From Thermoproteota archaeon (GTDB lineage Archaea; Thermoproteota; Thermoprotei_A; Sulfolobales; Ignisphaeraceae), in contig JAUQPB010000002.1 of assembly GCA_030550585.1 (NCBI GenBank), forward strand, positions 224,001-288,000: DNA of 64,000 bases, in the 5' to 3' direction. Of the stretch, positions 9,964-20,289 are shown in pieces. The stretch's first letter is position 1, and each line of letters opens with the position of its first letter. Below the pieces are notes generated by a model. That model was not told the origin of the DNA and made no database searches. It worked only from the letters and a program-made list of their open reading frames with translations. A program made the position numbers and the translations under genes.

Positions 9964-10848
9964 CTATTTCCTCTCTTCTGTACTGGGCTCTATATGAACT
10001 GTGGCCTCCCAGCCAAGCCTCTCCCTAATCCTCTTTTCTATTTCAGTTGCTATCTCATGAGCCTTGTCCAGACTCATGTTTGGGTCTAATCTTATGTGGA
10101 GAGTTACCTCAGTATGCACGCCATATCTATGCACATGTATGTGATGCAGATCCTTGGCCTGCGGACTTACCTCGCTAACTATCTTTTCAAGCTCCTTAAT
10201 CTCTTCAACCGTCGGTGCCTTTCCAAGTAATTCGCTACCTGATTCGATAACAAGTTTTACTGCAACAGCTATTATCATTATCGAGACTATAATTCCGAGA
10301 ACACCGTCAAGCCACCATAACATCGCACCGAATAATATTGCTACGGCTAGAAGTGCTGATGCTATGGCATCGCTTCTGTGATGCCAGGCATCAGCAATAA
10401 TGGAAGATGCATTATATTTTTTACCTAGCCTTATAGCCCAAATCGCTAAAAGTTCTTTAGCTATAGCCGACGATGCCAGGACTATAACGAGTATCCAGCT
10501 GAAAATGAGGCCTTCTCTTGATAGAAGTTTGTTAAAGCTTCTCTGTATAAAGTCTATACCAACCATTATAAGCATCGCTCCAATAACAGTTGCTGCAATG
10601 GGCTCTGCTCTCCCATGTCCGAATGGATGCTCTTTGTCAGCTGGTTTATATCCTATCCAAAATCCTAGTATAACAACAACTGAGGTTAGAGAGTCTGATA
10701 GTGTGTGGATAGAGTCTGCTATAACAGCTATTGAGTTGAATGTAACACCATAGTAAAACTTTACTATAAAAAGCAGGGTGTTTACAATTATCGAGACTAG
10801 ACCCTCTAAATACCCTGCATATTTTCTCTCATCTCCTTTACTATACAT
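9964..10848 (-). CDS. Cation diffusion facilitator (CDF/FieF-like) metal transporter
   Basis: ADSIHTLSD, HPFGHGRAE, ADAWHHRSD, C-terminal dimerisation domain ending VHIEP. Confidence 0.93.
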   Translation of the reverse strand: MYSKGDERKYAGYLEGLVSIIVNTLLFIVKFYYGVTFNSIAVIADSIHTLSDSLTSVVVILGFWIGYKPADKEHPFGHGRAEPIAATVIGAMLIMVGIDFIQRSFNKLLSREGLIFSWILVIVLASSAIAKELLAIWAIRLGKKYNASSIIADAWHHRSDAIASALLAVAILFGAMLWWLDGVLGIIVSIMIIAVAVKLVIESGSELLGKAPTVEEIKELEKIVSEVSPQAKDLHHIHVHRYGVHTEVTLHIRLDPNMSLDKAHEIATEIEKRIRERLGWEATVHIEPSTEERK

Positions 10849-11005
10849 GGCTATTCAGCAACATGTTAGAGGATCAATAGGTTTTTAAATAATTACAGGA
10901 TTAGACTAGTCAAAACTATTGGGCTGTTTTTGTAGAGGATACTGTTTTTAGATGTAAGCTTATATTTCTTTGGAGAAGAATATTCTGATGCTATGGTGTC
11001 TACTT

Positions 11006-12337
11006 ATGCTAAACGTTGATGAGATTAGAAAGGATTTTCCAATACTGAATAGACTGATTCATGAGAGAAAGCTTGTCTACTTCGATAATGCAGCCTCCAC
11101 GTTGAAGCCTGTCCAGGTTATAGATGCAATAGCAAATTTCTATAAGAATCACTATGCAAATGTTCATAGAGGCTTTCACACTCTTAGCCAAGAAGCTAGC
11201 CAAATGTATGAACAGGCGCATGAAACGCTGGCTAGGTTTATAAACGCTTATTCATGGGATGAGATAATATTTGTAAATAACACTACAGAAGGTCTAAACC
11301 TAGTCGCATATTCTTGGGGGCTTCACAATATCAGCGAAGGGGATGAAATAGTTCTAACTGTTATGGATCACCACAGCTCCATGTTGCCATGGAGACACAT
11401 AGCCAAGATGAGAAATGCAAAGGTAAAGTATGTGAACGTTACGCCTGATGGCTACCTAGACTACAGCCACCTAGATGAGATAATTACTGAGAAGACAAAG
11501 GTCGTTGCATTTCCCATTGCAAGCAACGTTCTTGGGACGATAAACGATGTTAGCAGAATAGTTAAGAGGGCTAAAGAGGTTGGGGCACTCGTGGTTGCCG
11601 ATGGTGCTCAAAGCGTTCCACATATTCCAACAAATGTTAGAGAGCTTGGAGTAGACTTCCTGGCATTTAGTGGCCATAAGATGCTTGGCCCCACAGGTAG
11701 CGGGGTTCTGTGGGGCAGGAAAGATTTGCTCCAAGAGCTAAAACCGTTCAAGGTTGGTGGAGACACTATAAGAGATGTGACATTAGATGACGTTGTATGG
11801 CTTGACCCGCCGTGGAGATTCGAAGCAGGTACACCAAATATAGAAGCGGCGATAGGGCTTGCAACAGCGGCTGAATATCTAATGAGAATTGGTATGGAGA
11901 ATGTTAGGAGACATGAGATCGAACTAGTTGAACACACACTAAAGTTGTTTTCTGAGACTTTTGGAGATGAGATAAGGTATTATGGCCCTAGAAACCCACA
12001 GCATAAAACAAGTGTTGTGGCATTCAATGTTAGGAATCTTCATTTCCACATAGTTGCGCAAGCACTAGACTACTTTGGTATTGCTGTTAGGTCGGGTATG
12101 CACTGTGCCCACCCACTTCACTATGCTCTTAGAATAAGTCATGAGGATCCCCCGCCAACATCAATACCTAGTAGTGTTGATGAGAGGCTCAAGAGATTTG
12201 GTAGCGTGAGGGCAAGTTTCTACATATACAACACTAAGGAGGAGGTAGAATACTTCGTAGGAACGCTGTCAATGATAATATCGTTGAGAGAGCAGCTGAA
12301 GACAAAGCCTGTAGAGGCTGTTTGTACAGGAACGTAA
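11006..12337 (+). CDS. sufS: Cysteine desulfurase (SufS/Csd class II)
   Basis: IRKDFPIL, YFDNAAS, FSGHKMLGPTG (PLP lysine), RSGMHCA catalytic Cys. Likely start is MLNVDEIR at 11006. Confidence 0.92.
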   Translation: MLNVDEIRKDFPILNRLIHERKLVYFDNAASTLKPVQVIDAIANFYKNHYANVHRGFHTLSQEASQMYEQAHETLARFINAYSWDEIIFVNNTTEGLNLVAYSWGLHNISEGDEIVLTVMDHHSSMLPWRHIAKMRNAKVKYVNVTPDGYLDYSHLDEIITEKTKVVAFPIASNVLGTINDVSRIVKRAKEVGALVVADGAQSVPHIPTNVRELGVDFLAFSGHKMLGPTGSGVLWGRKDLLQELKPFKVGGDTIRDVTLDDVVWLDPPWRFEAGTPNIEAAIGLATAAEYLMRIGMENVRRHEIELVEHTLKLFSETFGDEIRYYGPRNPQHKTSVVAFNVRNLHFHIVAQALDYFGIAVRSGMHCAHPLHYALRISHEDPPPTSIPSSVDERLKRFGSVRASFYIYNTKEEVEYFVGTLSMIISLREQLKTKPVEAVCTGT

Positions 12338-12341
12338 AGGG

Positions 12342-13052
12342 TTATATCCTGTTTTTCCTAAGAACCTCCACCCTATCGGGATACCCAACAATAACCTCGT
12401 CAGCCATATCCACAAATAGGCCTGTTTCAACAACTCCTGGAATGCTCTTTAGAGTTTGTGCGAGCTCTCTAGCATTGAATTCTTGAGAAGGTCTAACATC
12501 GATTATAACACCTCTTGTATCTGAAATGACATAGCCGTACTTCCCACTTTTCGCAAATCTTATCGTTGCTTCAAAACCCATCTCCCTAAGTCTCTTATAG
12601 ACAATGTTGAGGGCCTCGGGCAGAACCTCTACTGGTATTGCATGCTTTTCTCCAAGTCTATTCACAAGCTTTGTATAATCAACCATGTAGATTCTGTAGT
12701 TGGATGCATATGCAATTATCTTCTCTAGTGTTGATGCCCCTCCACCACCTTTAATCATATTCAATTCTCTGTCAACCTCATCAGCTCCATCAATATAGAC
12801 GTCAACCCCGTCAACAGTACTTAGTTGCATAACATTAAAGCCGCTTTCTGCAAGCCTTTGTGCTGTGTAGAGAGAGGCACATACAAACTTTGCATCTACA
12901 AGCTCTCGCCTCTTCACTAAAAGATCTAGAAATATGTCTACAGTAGACCCAGTTCCAACACCCAGTATCCTAGGCCTCAAATTTAATATCCTCTTCACGG
13001 CCTCTTCAGCCGCTTTATACTTGGCAACATCAATAGAGCTGGTCATGGGCAT
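12342..13052 (-). CDS. rpiA: Ribose-5-phosphate isomerase A
   Basis: GVGTGST, DGADEVD, IKGGGGA, PGVVETGLF. Confidence 0.95.
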   Translation of the reverse strand: MPMTSSIDVAKYKAAEEAVKRILNLRPRILGVGTGSTVDIFLDLLVKRRELVDAKFVCASLYTAQRLAESGFNVMQLSTVDGVDVYIDGADEVDRELNMIKGGGGASTLEKIIAYASNYRIYMVDYTKLVNRLGEKHAIPVEVLPEALNIVYKRLREMGFEATIRFAKSGKYGYVISDTRGVIIDVRPSQEFNARELAQTLKSIPGVVETGLFVDMADEVIVGYPDRVEVLRKNRI

Positions 13053-13656
13053 CGCCTAACAGTATATAAAATTGTTTTAGATCTTTAGGTGTATTCAAAT
13101 TGAACAGCTCTTTAGAGGGATCCATAAAAATTTTGTTGACGTCTATATATAGGATGTTTGCCAATCGACTAGAATTATCTAAGCATTTGGCTATGCTAAG
13201 CTCATCTCTATGGAAACACTGTTCCAATAAACCCAAAAGACTGTTTCTGTAAATAGCGAAAAGAGGTTCCTTATATCCTGTTGACCCCCATTTTGGTATA
13301 CACGCATCTACATCATCTGGACACATAGAGACCATTCTTTCAATGCTACTCACATCAACCAAAGGCATGTCACATCCAACAATAAAGACATTGCTAAACA
13401 TATTAAGAGCTTGGTACACAGCTGGTAGAGGCCCTGCCAAATAATTGTCGATTATAACCTTCAATCCTAGGCTGTGGACCTCTTCAGCATCATTCATTGA
13501 GACAATAGCATATGCATCCACAAAAAATCTTGTTTTCAAAACCTTGCTATATATGTAAAGGATCATGGGTTTGCCAAGAATTGGATAAAGACATTTGTTA
13601 ATGCCAAACCCAAACCGCGATGATTTTCCACCTGCAAGAACAGCTGCAACCAACAA
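13030..13656 (-). CDS. mobA: Molybdenum cofactor guanylyltransferase
   Basis: LAGGKSSRFG, GPL, GCDMP, EPLFAIY, NLNTPKDL. Confidence 0.88.
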   Translation of the reverse strand: MLVAAVLAGGKSSRFGFGINKCLYPILGKPMILYIYSKVLKTRFFVDAYAIVSMNDAEEVHSLGLKVIIDNYLAGPLPAVYQALNMFSNVFIVGCDMPLVDVSSIERMVSMCPDDVDACIPKWGSTGYKEPLFAIYRNSLLGLLEQCFHRDELSIAKCLDNSSRLANILYIDVNKIFMDPSKELFNLNTPKDLKQFYILLGDAHDQLY

Positions 13657-13661
13657 CTTGT

Positions 13662-13970
13662 TTACACTACTCCATGTTTTTCGAAACCCCTTTGGAGATC
13701 ATTTCTAATACTTCTATATATAATGTGTCCAAAGATCATCACTATAAGTGCAAGAATTAGTGCTACTATAATTAGCAGAACAGCTTGCGATCCCACACCA
13801 AAACATATTGGTATAAAGAATAGTAGAATGCAACCACCTCCACCAATCTCGACACCACCCATACCTGTAGCAGGGTTCAGGAGATAGATGATTAATGGAA
13901 GGAGAGCGGCAATGAACAGTAGGATAAACCCCGCTATAATTAAGATTATTCCAGCTTTATACAAATCCAT
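13662..13970 (-). CDS. DUF131/TIGR00304-like small membrane protein
   Basis: Two TM helices flanking GGGCILLFFIPICFG. Start is probably MDLYK at 13970. Confidence 0.65.
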   Translation of the reverse strand: MDLYKAGIILIIAGFILLFIAALLPLIIYLLNPATGMGGVEIGGGGCILLFFIPICFGVGSQAVLLIIVALILALIVMIFGHIIYRSIRNDLQRGFEKHGVV

Positions 13971-13980
13971 AGCCCCACCT

Positions 13981-14262
13981 CTAACTAGGTGCAAGAAGCC
14001 GGTTTAAGACTATAAAAGTAATGGCAACAACTATCGTTAGTACAATGGCTAGTATCACAAGGATTTTAGAAACCTCTTTGTTTGTCCCAAAAACAAAGGG
14101 TATTGGCCCAATAATGACGACAGCCCCACCTTCAACCCTCTTTTCTTCTTCTCTATACCCCTTTAAAGATTCTATGAAAATGAGTAGAAAGCCAAAGAGA
14201 ACTAGCGCCAATGCTGTAGTGAGCAACACCATAAATACTGTGAGTATAGCGTCCATATCCAA
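13981..14262 (-). CDS. DUF131/TIGR00304 family membrane protein
   Basis: GGAVVIIGPIPFVFGT signature between two TM helices. Confidence 0.85.
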   Translation of the reverse strand: MDMDAILTVFMVLLTTALALVLFGFLLIFIESLKGYREEEKRVEGGAVVIIGPIPFVFGTNKEVSKILVILAIVLTIVVAITFIVLNRLLAPS

Positions 14263-14314
14263 AGCCCAGCATCATAAGACATTGTTGCCAGACTTAAAAC
14301 ATTTTCTGTTATGC

Positions 14315-14860
14315 CTAGCATTCACCGCTTTTAGAGCAGTTCAGGTATAGAAGGATTGCAGCTAGAGACTTTAAATCGGCTATGCCATTGCCGTTCAAAC
14401 TATTCAAATATTCTTGGGGAGTCATATAAACAACATTTATTATCTCCCCAGCCTCTGGCTGAGCACCAACAAATCTAAGCTTCTTAGCAACAAAAATTGT
14501 TTGAATCTCGTCGCTGTAGCCTGGAGATACAAAAGCTTTTGCAAGGGGTATGAGTTCCTCGGCTACGAACCCAGTCTCTTCTCTAAGCTCCCTCAAAGCA
14601 GCGTCTTTCAAATCTTCATTATTTTCAACTCTCCCAGCAGGAACTTCCAAAACCCAGGAGTTGACCGAGGCTCTCCACTGTTTGACAAAAACAATTCTGC
14701 CATCATCAAGAACAGGCACTATGACCACAGCTCTGCCAAACCTCACAAGATCTTTCTCAATAACGCTGTTCCTCCACTTGACAATCCTCCTATACAGAGC
14801 CACCCTCCTACCTTTGCACACAAACTCGTCGCGAAGTATAGTGGGCTCCTCGTCAAACAT
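14315..14860 (-). CDS. Nudix hydrolase (ADP-ribose pyrophosphatase-like)
   Basis: Nudix box GRVENNEDLKDAALRELREETG, plus SPGYSDE. True start is probably MFDEEP at 14860, because the longer ORF runs antisense through an sRNA. Confidence 0.9.
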   Translation of the reverse strand: MFDEEPTILRDEFVCKGRRVALYRRIVKWRNSVIEKDLVRFGRAVVIVPVLDDGRIVFVKQWRASVNSWVLEVPAGRVENNEDLKDAALRELREETGFVAEELIPLAKAFVSPGYSDEIQTIFVAKKLRFVGAQPEAGEIINVVYMTPQEYLNSLNGNGIADLKSLAAILLYLNCSKSGEC

Positions 14861-14938
14861 TTTTACAGCCCCAATGAATTCTAATGCAATGAGAGTGCAA
14901 TTAATGTATAAAAGATGTTTTGACCAATAAAAACTTTG

Positions 14939-14988
14939 ATGATGAAAACCGGTTTCAGTTGATTGATGAGATGGAGTTACCCATCTGA
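14939..14988 (+). ncRNA. C/D-box methylation guide sRNA
   Basis: ATGATGA (14939-45), 13-nt guide, TTGA (D', 14959-62), TGATGA (C', 14964-69), 15-nt guide, CTGA (14985-88). TATAAAA lies at 14907-14913. Confidence 0.72.
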
Positions 14989-15083
14989 ATAAAAGCAACG
15001 AAGCAATTTCTAAAGAGATTAAATGTAATAAGAGCTGTAATGTTGTATAAGTTTATAACTCTCCCACAACAATAGTTTTTGGT

Positions 15084-15998
15084 GTGGTAGAAATGGCGAG
15101 AATAGTACTCGGCTCAAATCTAAGCTGGGCTGTGAAAAGATGGCCAATGCCAGAGGATTGGAGCGAAATCGTGGCGAAGCTTGATATAAAATATGTGCAG
15201 TTTTCATTTGATCTCCTAGACCCGCGCTCTACACAAGATGCTGTAGACCATATGGCGGGGCTCATACTAGATGCTGTCAAGAGATATGGCATAGTTATAC
15301 ACTCGACATTCACAGGGCTCGCAGCATACTCATTCAACCTTCTATCACATCCAGACCCTGTTATGAGGATGGATGCCCTCGACTGGTATATGAAGGCAGT
15401 TGACTTTACAGCGAAGATAGGTGTAAAGGCTACGGGAGGGCACATAGCAGCGAAAAGTGTTAAGGACTACAACAACCCAGGCAGAAGAGCATACATAGAC
15501 TCAGCTCTCTATGATGCTGTAAAGGCTCTGAGAAGATATGCTCAGGCAAAGGGTTTGGAAATGATTCTCTGGGAGCCAATGCCAGTCCCAAGGGAGACTC
15601 CGTGGACAATGACCGAAACAGAAGAGGTTTTGAAGAAAGCCAACGAGGGCCCGGGAGCAGCTGTCAAGCTCAATATTGATGTCGGCCACCAATGTACTTT
15701 GCAAGGCGCAGAGGCAAGTCCATATGAATGGCTAAAAAGATTTGCACCACAGTCTCCGAGTATACACATACAGCAAACCGATGGAAAAGCCGATAGACAC
15801 TGGCCATTCACAGAAGAATACAACAAAATCGGAATTATAAAACCAGATAAATTGGTTGAGGCAATAGATCAGTCAGGAGCTAAAGAAGTATACCTCCTCC
15901 TAGAATATATACCACCATTCGAAGCGCCAGACGATGAAGTTCTAAAGAATCTGGAGACATCAATCAAATACTTAAAACAGTTCATACCAACGGCATAG
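15084..15998 (+). CDS. Sugar-phosphate isomerase/epimerase, xylose-isomerase-like TIM barrel (EryC-like)
   Basis: NLSWAVKRWP.PEDW, WEPMP, DVGHQ, HIQQTDGKADRHWPFT. Confidence 0.8.
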   Translation: MVEMARIVLGSNLSWAVKRWPMPEDWSEIVAKLDIKYVQFSFDLLDPRSTQDAVDHMAGLILDAVKRYGIVIHSTFTGLAAYSFNLLSHPDPVMRMDALDWYMKAVDFTAKIGVKATGGHIAAKSVKDYNNPGRRAYIDSALYDAVKALRRYAQAKGLEMILWEPMPVPRETPWTMTETEEVLKKANEGPGAAVKLNIDVGHQCTLQGAEASPYEWLKRFAPQSPSIHIQQTDGKADRHWPFTEEYNKIGIIKPDKLVEAIDQSGAKEVYLLLEYIPPFEAPDDEVLKNLETSIKYLKQFIPTA

Positions 15999-16267
15999 AA
16001 ATGAAAGCAAACTTCACACATTTTTTATTCTAAATCAAAAATATTGAAAAGAGCTTTCATATCCATTCATCGCTGATTATCCGAATACATTATATTACTC
16101 TACAAAAATGGTTTTATTACTATTTCAGCTTTGTTTGTATTCTAGGTCAAGTCTTTTCTGGTTTTGTTTGTAGTATAGAAATAGAAGTGGATGATGCATT
16201 AACCTAGGTTTCGAATGTACTGAATCTCATCAAAGTTTAAATTTAGTAATCTTTTAATACTGCTATC

Positions 16268-18568
16268 GTGTTATATATGAGTTCAAAAATTGTAGCTGAA
16301 ATTGAGAAGAGAGTAGATGAAATATTGAGAAAAATGTCTGTAGAAGAGAAGGTTGCTCAAATCCAGTCTATACCTGTCGACAAATTGGTGAGCGGTAGAG
16401 AATTTTCAGAGGAGAAGGCCAGCCAATATCTGAAATATGGCATTGGCCAGATTACAAGGGTTTGTGGCTCGCCTATAAGTTTTACACCTAGGGAGGCAGC
16501 AAAAATTGTGAACAGTATTCAGAGGTTTCTTGTCGAAAAGACCAGGCTTGGCATACCTGCCATAGTTCACGAAGAGTGTCTAGCAGGTTTGCTGGCACCC
16601 GGTGCTACTGTATTTCCACAGGCAATTGCATTGGCCTCTACATGGGATCCAGACCTTGTTTACAGAGTTGCCTCGGCTATCAGACAGCAGGTTGTCTCTG
16701 TCGGGTCTAGACACTGTCTATCCCCTGTTTTAGATCTCTGTAGAGACCCTCGCTGGGGGAGATGTGAAGAGACGTATGGTGAAGATCCATACCTTGTCTC
16801 AGCCATTGGCTTGGCATACATTAGAGGGCTTCAAGGAGACGACATATCAAAGGGGGTCATAGCTACTGTAAAGCATTTTGCAGGCCATGGATTTCCAGAG
16901 GGAGGTAGAAATACTGGTGTTGTTCACATAGGTTTGAGAGAATTTTTAGAGGATCATCTAAAAACATTTGAGGTTGGTATAAGAGTTGGCGGAGCATTAG
17001 CGGTTATGCCAGCTTACCACGAGATAGATGGCATTCCATGCCATGCAAACAAATGGCTCCTAACAGATGTCCTGAGATACCAGTGGGGGTTCAAGGGCAT
17101 TGTCGTATCTGATTATGATGCTGTTAACCAGCTCCATACAATCCATAGAATTGCGAGAAACTGTGTCGAAGCTGTTAAAATAGCTTTGGAGGCTGGTGTC
17201 GACATTATCTTTCCTGATATTCTATGCTTCGACGATGTTGTCAAAGCGGTTAAGGAGGGGATTATATCAGAGTCTCTCCTCGATAGAGCAGTTAAACGAG
17301 TTTTGACTGTCAAAGCTCTTCTAGGGCTGTTAGACAACCCATTTGTTGATGAATCTAAGGTTCCTGAAACCTTTGACAACCCGGAACACAGAAAACTAGC
17401 TTTAGAGGTTGCTAGAGAATCTATAGTTCTCCTCAAAAACGATGGTATTTTGCCACTACCAAAGAATCTAAGAGCCATAGCCGTTATAGGACCCAACGCA
17501 AACGAGCCTAGAAACATGCTGGGGGACTACCACTATGACGCCCATCTAGCAAGAAGCACAACATCTGTAAAGGTTGTAACAGTTTTGGAGGGGATAAGGA
17601 ACAAGGTCTCGAAGGATACAAAGGTTTTGTATGCCAAGGGCTGCGACATTGCCTCAGAGGATAGAAGCGGATTTGAGGAGGCATTGAAGGTCGCTAGAGA
17701 AGCAGATGTTGTAGTAGCTGTAATGGGCGAGAAAAGCGGTTTGGATCCCGCATGGTTTGGGCTAAACCGGAGGGAGCTGCAACACACCAGTGGTGAGGGT
17801 GTTGACAGAACTCATCTAGGGCTTCCAGGAGTTCAGGAGGAGTTGATAAGGGAGCTGCACAAAACTGGCAAACCAATAGTTCTCGTGCTTATAAATGGCA
17901 GACCACTAGCAATAACAAATATTCTCCCATACGTTAATGCTGTTGTAGAGGCCTGGCTACCGGGCGAGGAAGGGGGCAACGCAATCGCAGATATACTCTT
18001 CGGCGATGCCGAGCCAGGTGGGAGGCTCCCAGTATCGATACCGAAATCAGTTGGACAGGTACCGGTATACTACTCTAGAAAGCCATCGTCATTTAGAGAC
18101 TATATAGACATGGATTCAAAGCCTCTATTCCCATTCGGATTTGGTCTCAGCTACACGCAATTCAGATACAGCAATCTCATCATCAAGACGCCGGAGGTTA
18201 AACCATTTGGTGTTGTAGAGATCGAGGTTACTGTAGAGAACATTGGGAATAGACCAGGCAAAGAAGTTGTCCAGCTATACATATCAAAAGAGTTCTCCTC
18301 TGTAACAAGACCTGTTAAAGAGTTGAAGGGATTCAAAAAGATATATCTAATGCCTGGGCAATCAAAGAGGATAGTCTTTAGAATACCGACAGAGGTTCTA
18401 GCATTTTACGACAGCGACATGCATCTTGTCATAGAGCCTGGAGAATACAAGGTGATGATCGGCAGAAACAGTGAGGATATACAGCTAGAAGGGAGATTCA
18501 AAATAGTGGGCGAGAAGCAAATCGTTTACTACCGCCAACACTACTTCAGCGAGGCACTAGAATCATAG
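16268..18568 (+). CDS. Glycoside hydrolase family 3 (beta-glucosidase/beta-xylosidase)
   Basis: HEECLAG, RDPRWGRCEETYGEDP, KHFAG, VVSDY nucleophile, GEGVDR, FPFGFGLSYT, C-terminal Fn3-like domain. Confidence 0.95.
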   Translation: MLYMSSKIVAEIEKRVDEILRKMSVEEKVAQIQSIPVDKLVSGREFSEEKASQYLKYGIGQITRVCGSPISFTPREAAKIVNSIQRFLVEKTRLGIPAIVHEECLAGLLAPGATVFPQAIALASTWDPDLVYRVASAIRQQVVSVGSRHCLSPVLDLCRDPRWGRCEETYGEDPYLVSAIGLAYIRGLQGDDISKGVIATVKHFAGHGFPEGGRNTGVVHIGLREFLEDHLKTFEVGIRVGGALAVMPAYHEIDGIPCHANKWLLTDVLRYQWGFKGIVVSDYDAVNQLHTIHRIARNCVEAVKIALEAGVDIIFPDILCFDDVVKAVKEGIISESLLDRAVKRVLTVKALLGLLDNPFVDESKVPETFDNPEHRKLALEVARESIVLLKNDGILPLPKNLRAIAVIGPNANEPRNMLGDYHYDAHLARSTTSVKVVTVLEGIRNKVSKDTKVLYAKGCDIASEDRSGFEEALKVAREADVVVAVMGEKSGLDPAWFGLNRRELQHTSGEGVDRTHLGLPGVQEELIRELHKTGKPIVLVLINGRPLAITNILPYVNAVVEAWLPGEEGGNAIADILFGDAEPGGRLPVSIPKSVGQVPVYYSRKPSSFRDYIDMDSKPLFPFGFGLSYTQFRYSNLIIKTPEVKPFGVVEIEVTVENIGNRPGKEVVQLYISKEFSSVTRPVKELKGFKKIYLMPGQSKRIVFRIPTEVLAFYDSDMHLVIEPGEYKVMIGRNSEDIQLEGRFKIVGEKQIVYYRQHYFSEALES

Positions 18569-18851
18569 AAAATCCCACCACTTTTTATCAACTGCAGACA
18601 GATGCTTAGACGCTATTGCTACACGCCTCAAAAACCGGGGTCTGCTAGCAGAGTTTCTGCAAAAGGGGTATACATACCTCACTTGCAGCTTATGCACCAT
18701 CTACACCACCACACGCCAAGCCCTTTCACCATCTGTATATGGGGCTTCTGTGCTGTGGTGCTAGTCGAACTGAACACCCCATCAGATGCGCATCGGGTCT
18801 AAGGTATTTGGGTTATTAAATGTAATGCTCATGATTTAAAAAATAGAAGAT

Positions 18852-19572
18852 TTACTGAGTAACGTATCCTCCATCGACTATTATTAGCTGACCTGTTATG
18901 AAACTTGCTTCATCTGAAGCTAGAAAAGCCACCACAGCAGCAACCTCTTCGGGGGTGCCTAGTCTGCCAACAGGTATACTTCTTCTGAGTAACTCTATCT
19001 GTTCTCGTACAGATTCACTAGCTCTAGCTGTCCCAGAAGTAGCTATAGGACCCGGCGCAACAGCGTTTACAGTTATGTTGTATCTAACCAACTCTAAGGC
19101 TAATGCCCTTGTGAATCCTACTATAGCTGCCTTAGAGGCGCAGTAATGGGTAAGCCCTTGAAAACCGACTACCGGCCCAGCTATCGACGCTATGTTGATT
19201 ATAAACAGCTTTGGTAAAGTAGAATGTCCCTTTAACATTAACATTCATCACCTTATCCCAGTCTTCTTCCGTTATCTCCAGAAATGGTTTGAAAGGATAG
19301 ATGCCAGCGTTATTTACGAGAATATCTACCTTACTCAACTTCTCAATAGTTGTTTCAACCGCTTTCATCACATCACCTTTATTTGTAACATCTCCCTTAA
19401 AAGCTAGAACCTTAACACCCAGCTTCTCAATCTCTGAGGCGGTTTCAAACACCTTATCCGATATGTCGAACAATACCACATCAGCGCCTTCTCTAGACAA
19501 TCTTAGCGCAATAGCCTTACCAATACCCATAGCACTACCAGTAACAATTGCCACCTTATTTTTCAATCTCAT
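18852..19572 (-). pseudogene. Short-chain dehydrogenase/reductase (FabG-like), disrupted by a deletion-frameshift near 19203
   Basis: N-half (TGSAMGIG, NNAGI) and C-half (INIAS, YCASK, VNAVAPG, ITGQLIIVDGG) lie in different frames. The usual ~10-residue linker between KAV and IINIAS is missing. Confidence 0.85.
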
Positions 19573-20289
19573 ACTTACACACCTTCTTCAGTAATAAGCT
19601 ATTATTTGATGAAATGCTAAAAAACTTTTAGCTATTAACATCAAAAAAGTTTATGCTACCCTAGAACCTCTCTTGTAGCTATGGAATTGATACCATTAAG
19701 CTAAAACTTGGGAATGCTTAGCGAAAGATTTAAAATTATAGGAAAACAAGGTTAGTTCCCAATGCTATGAAGATGAGACCTGCAGAAACTGATTGGAAAA
19801 CATCGTTAGGAGTGAGTCGGATAGAGGAAGCCGTATACAGGCTAGTAGTTTCTTTGTGCACGCAGATTAAGTCTTCTAGGAAAGCCCGTTGCCCGCAGCT
19901 GTGATACGATTTGGAGCTGTTGGCAAAAGGATGTTAATGGCAACTCCATTGCCACATTTTTAACCAACACGTTTTTCCTATCATTGCTGACAACACTGTA
20001 TATAGATGTTTCCTACATCTCCTCTCAGCATGCAAAGAGCTAATACCGTTACAAAAAGCTGTTTATACAGGTGTCGCTGGTGGATGTTACAACAGTTGTT
20101 TTCTGTTTCCTGTAACCTGCTCAGAACAGCTGGCTTCTTCAAAAATCTTGTCATTGTTTATGTTTAATTTGAGAGGATGGATGTGGCAACAATTCTTGAT
20201 ATAGCAAAACTAAAGCTTAAAGGTTACTTATTCAATTCACTATACTATTACAATTAACATCTATTGGCTAGCGACGCTGGGATGAGGTA

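Noticed and set aside
18570-18850. 66-aa ORF or possible gene remnant downstream of GH3
   Set aside because: No recognisable motif, and no tRNA or hairpin structure that I can support.
19760-19795. ATGAAGA...CTGA half C/D motif
   Set aside because: There is only one box pair, with no second guide unit.
19600-20260. Long intergenic gap, possible mobile-element scar
   Set aside because: No terminal inverted repeats, target-site duplication or transposase fragment visible.
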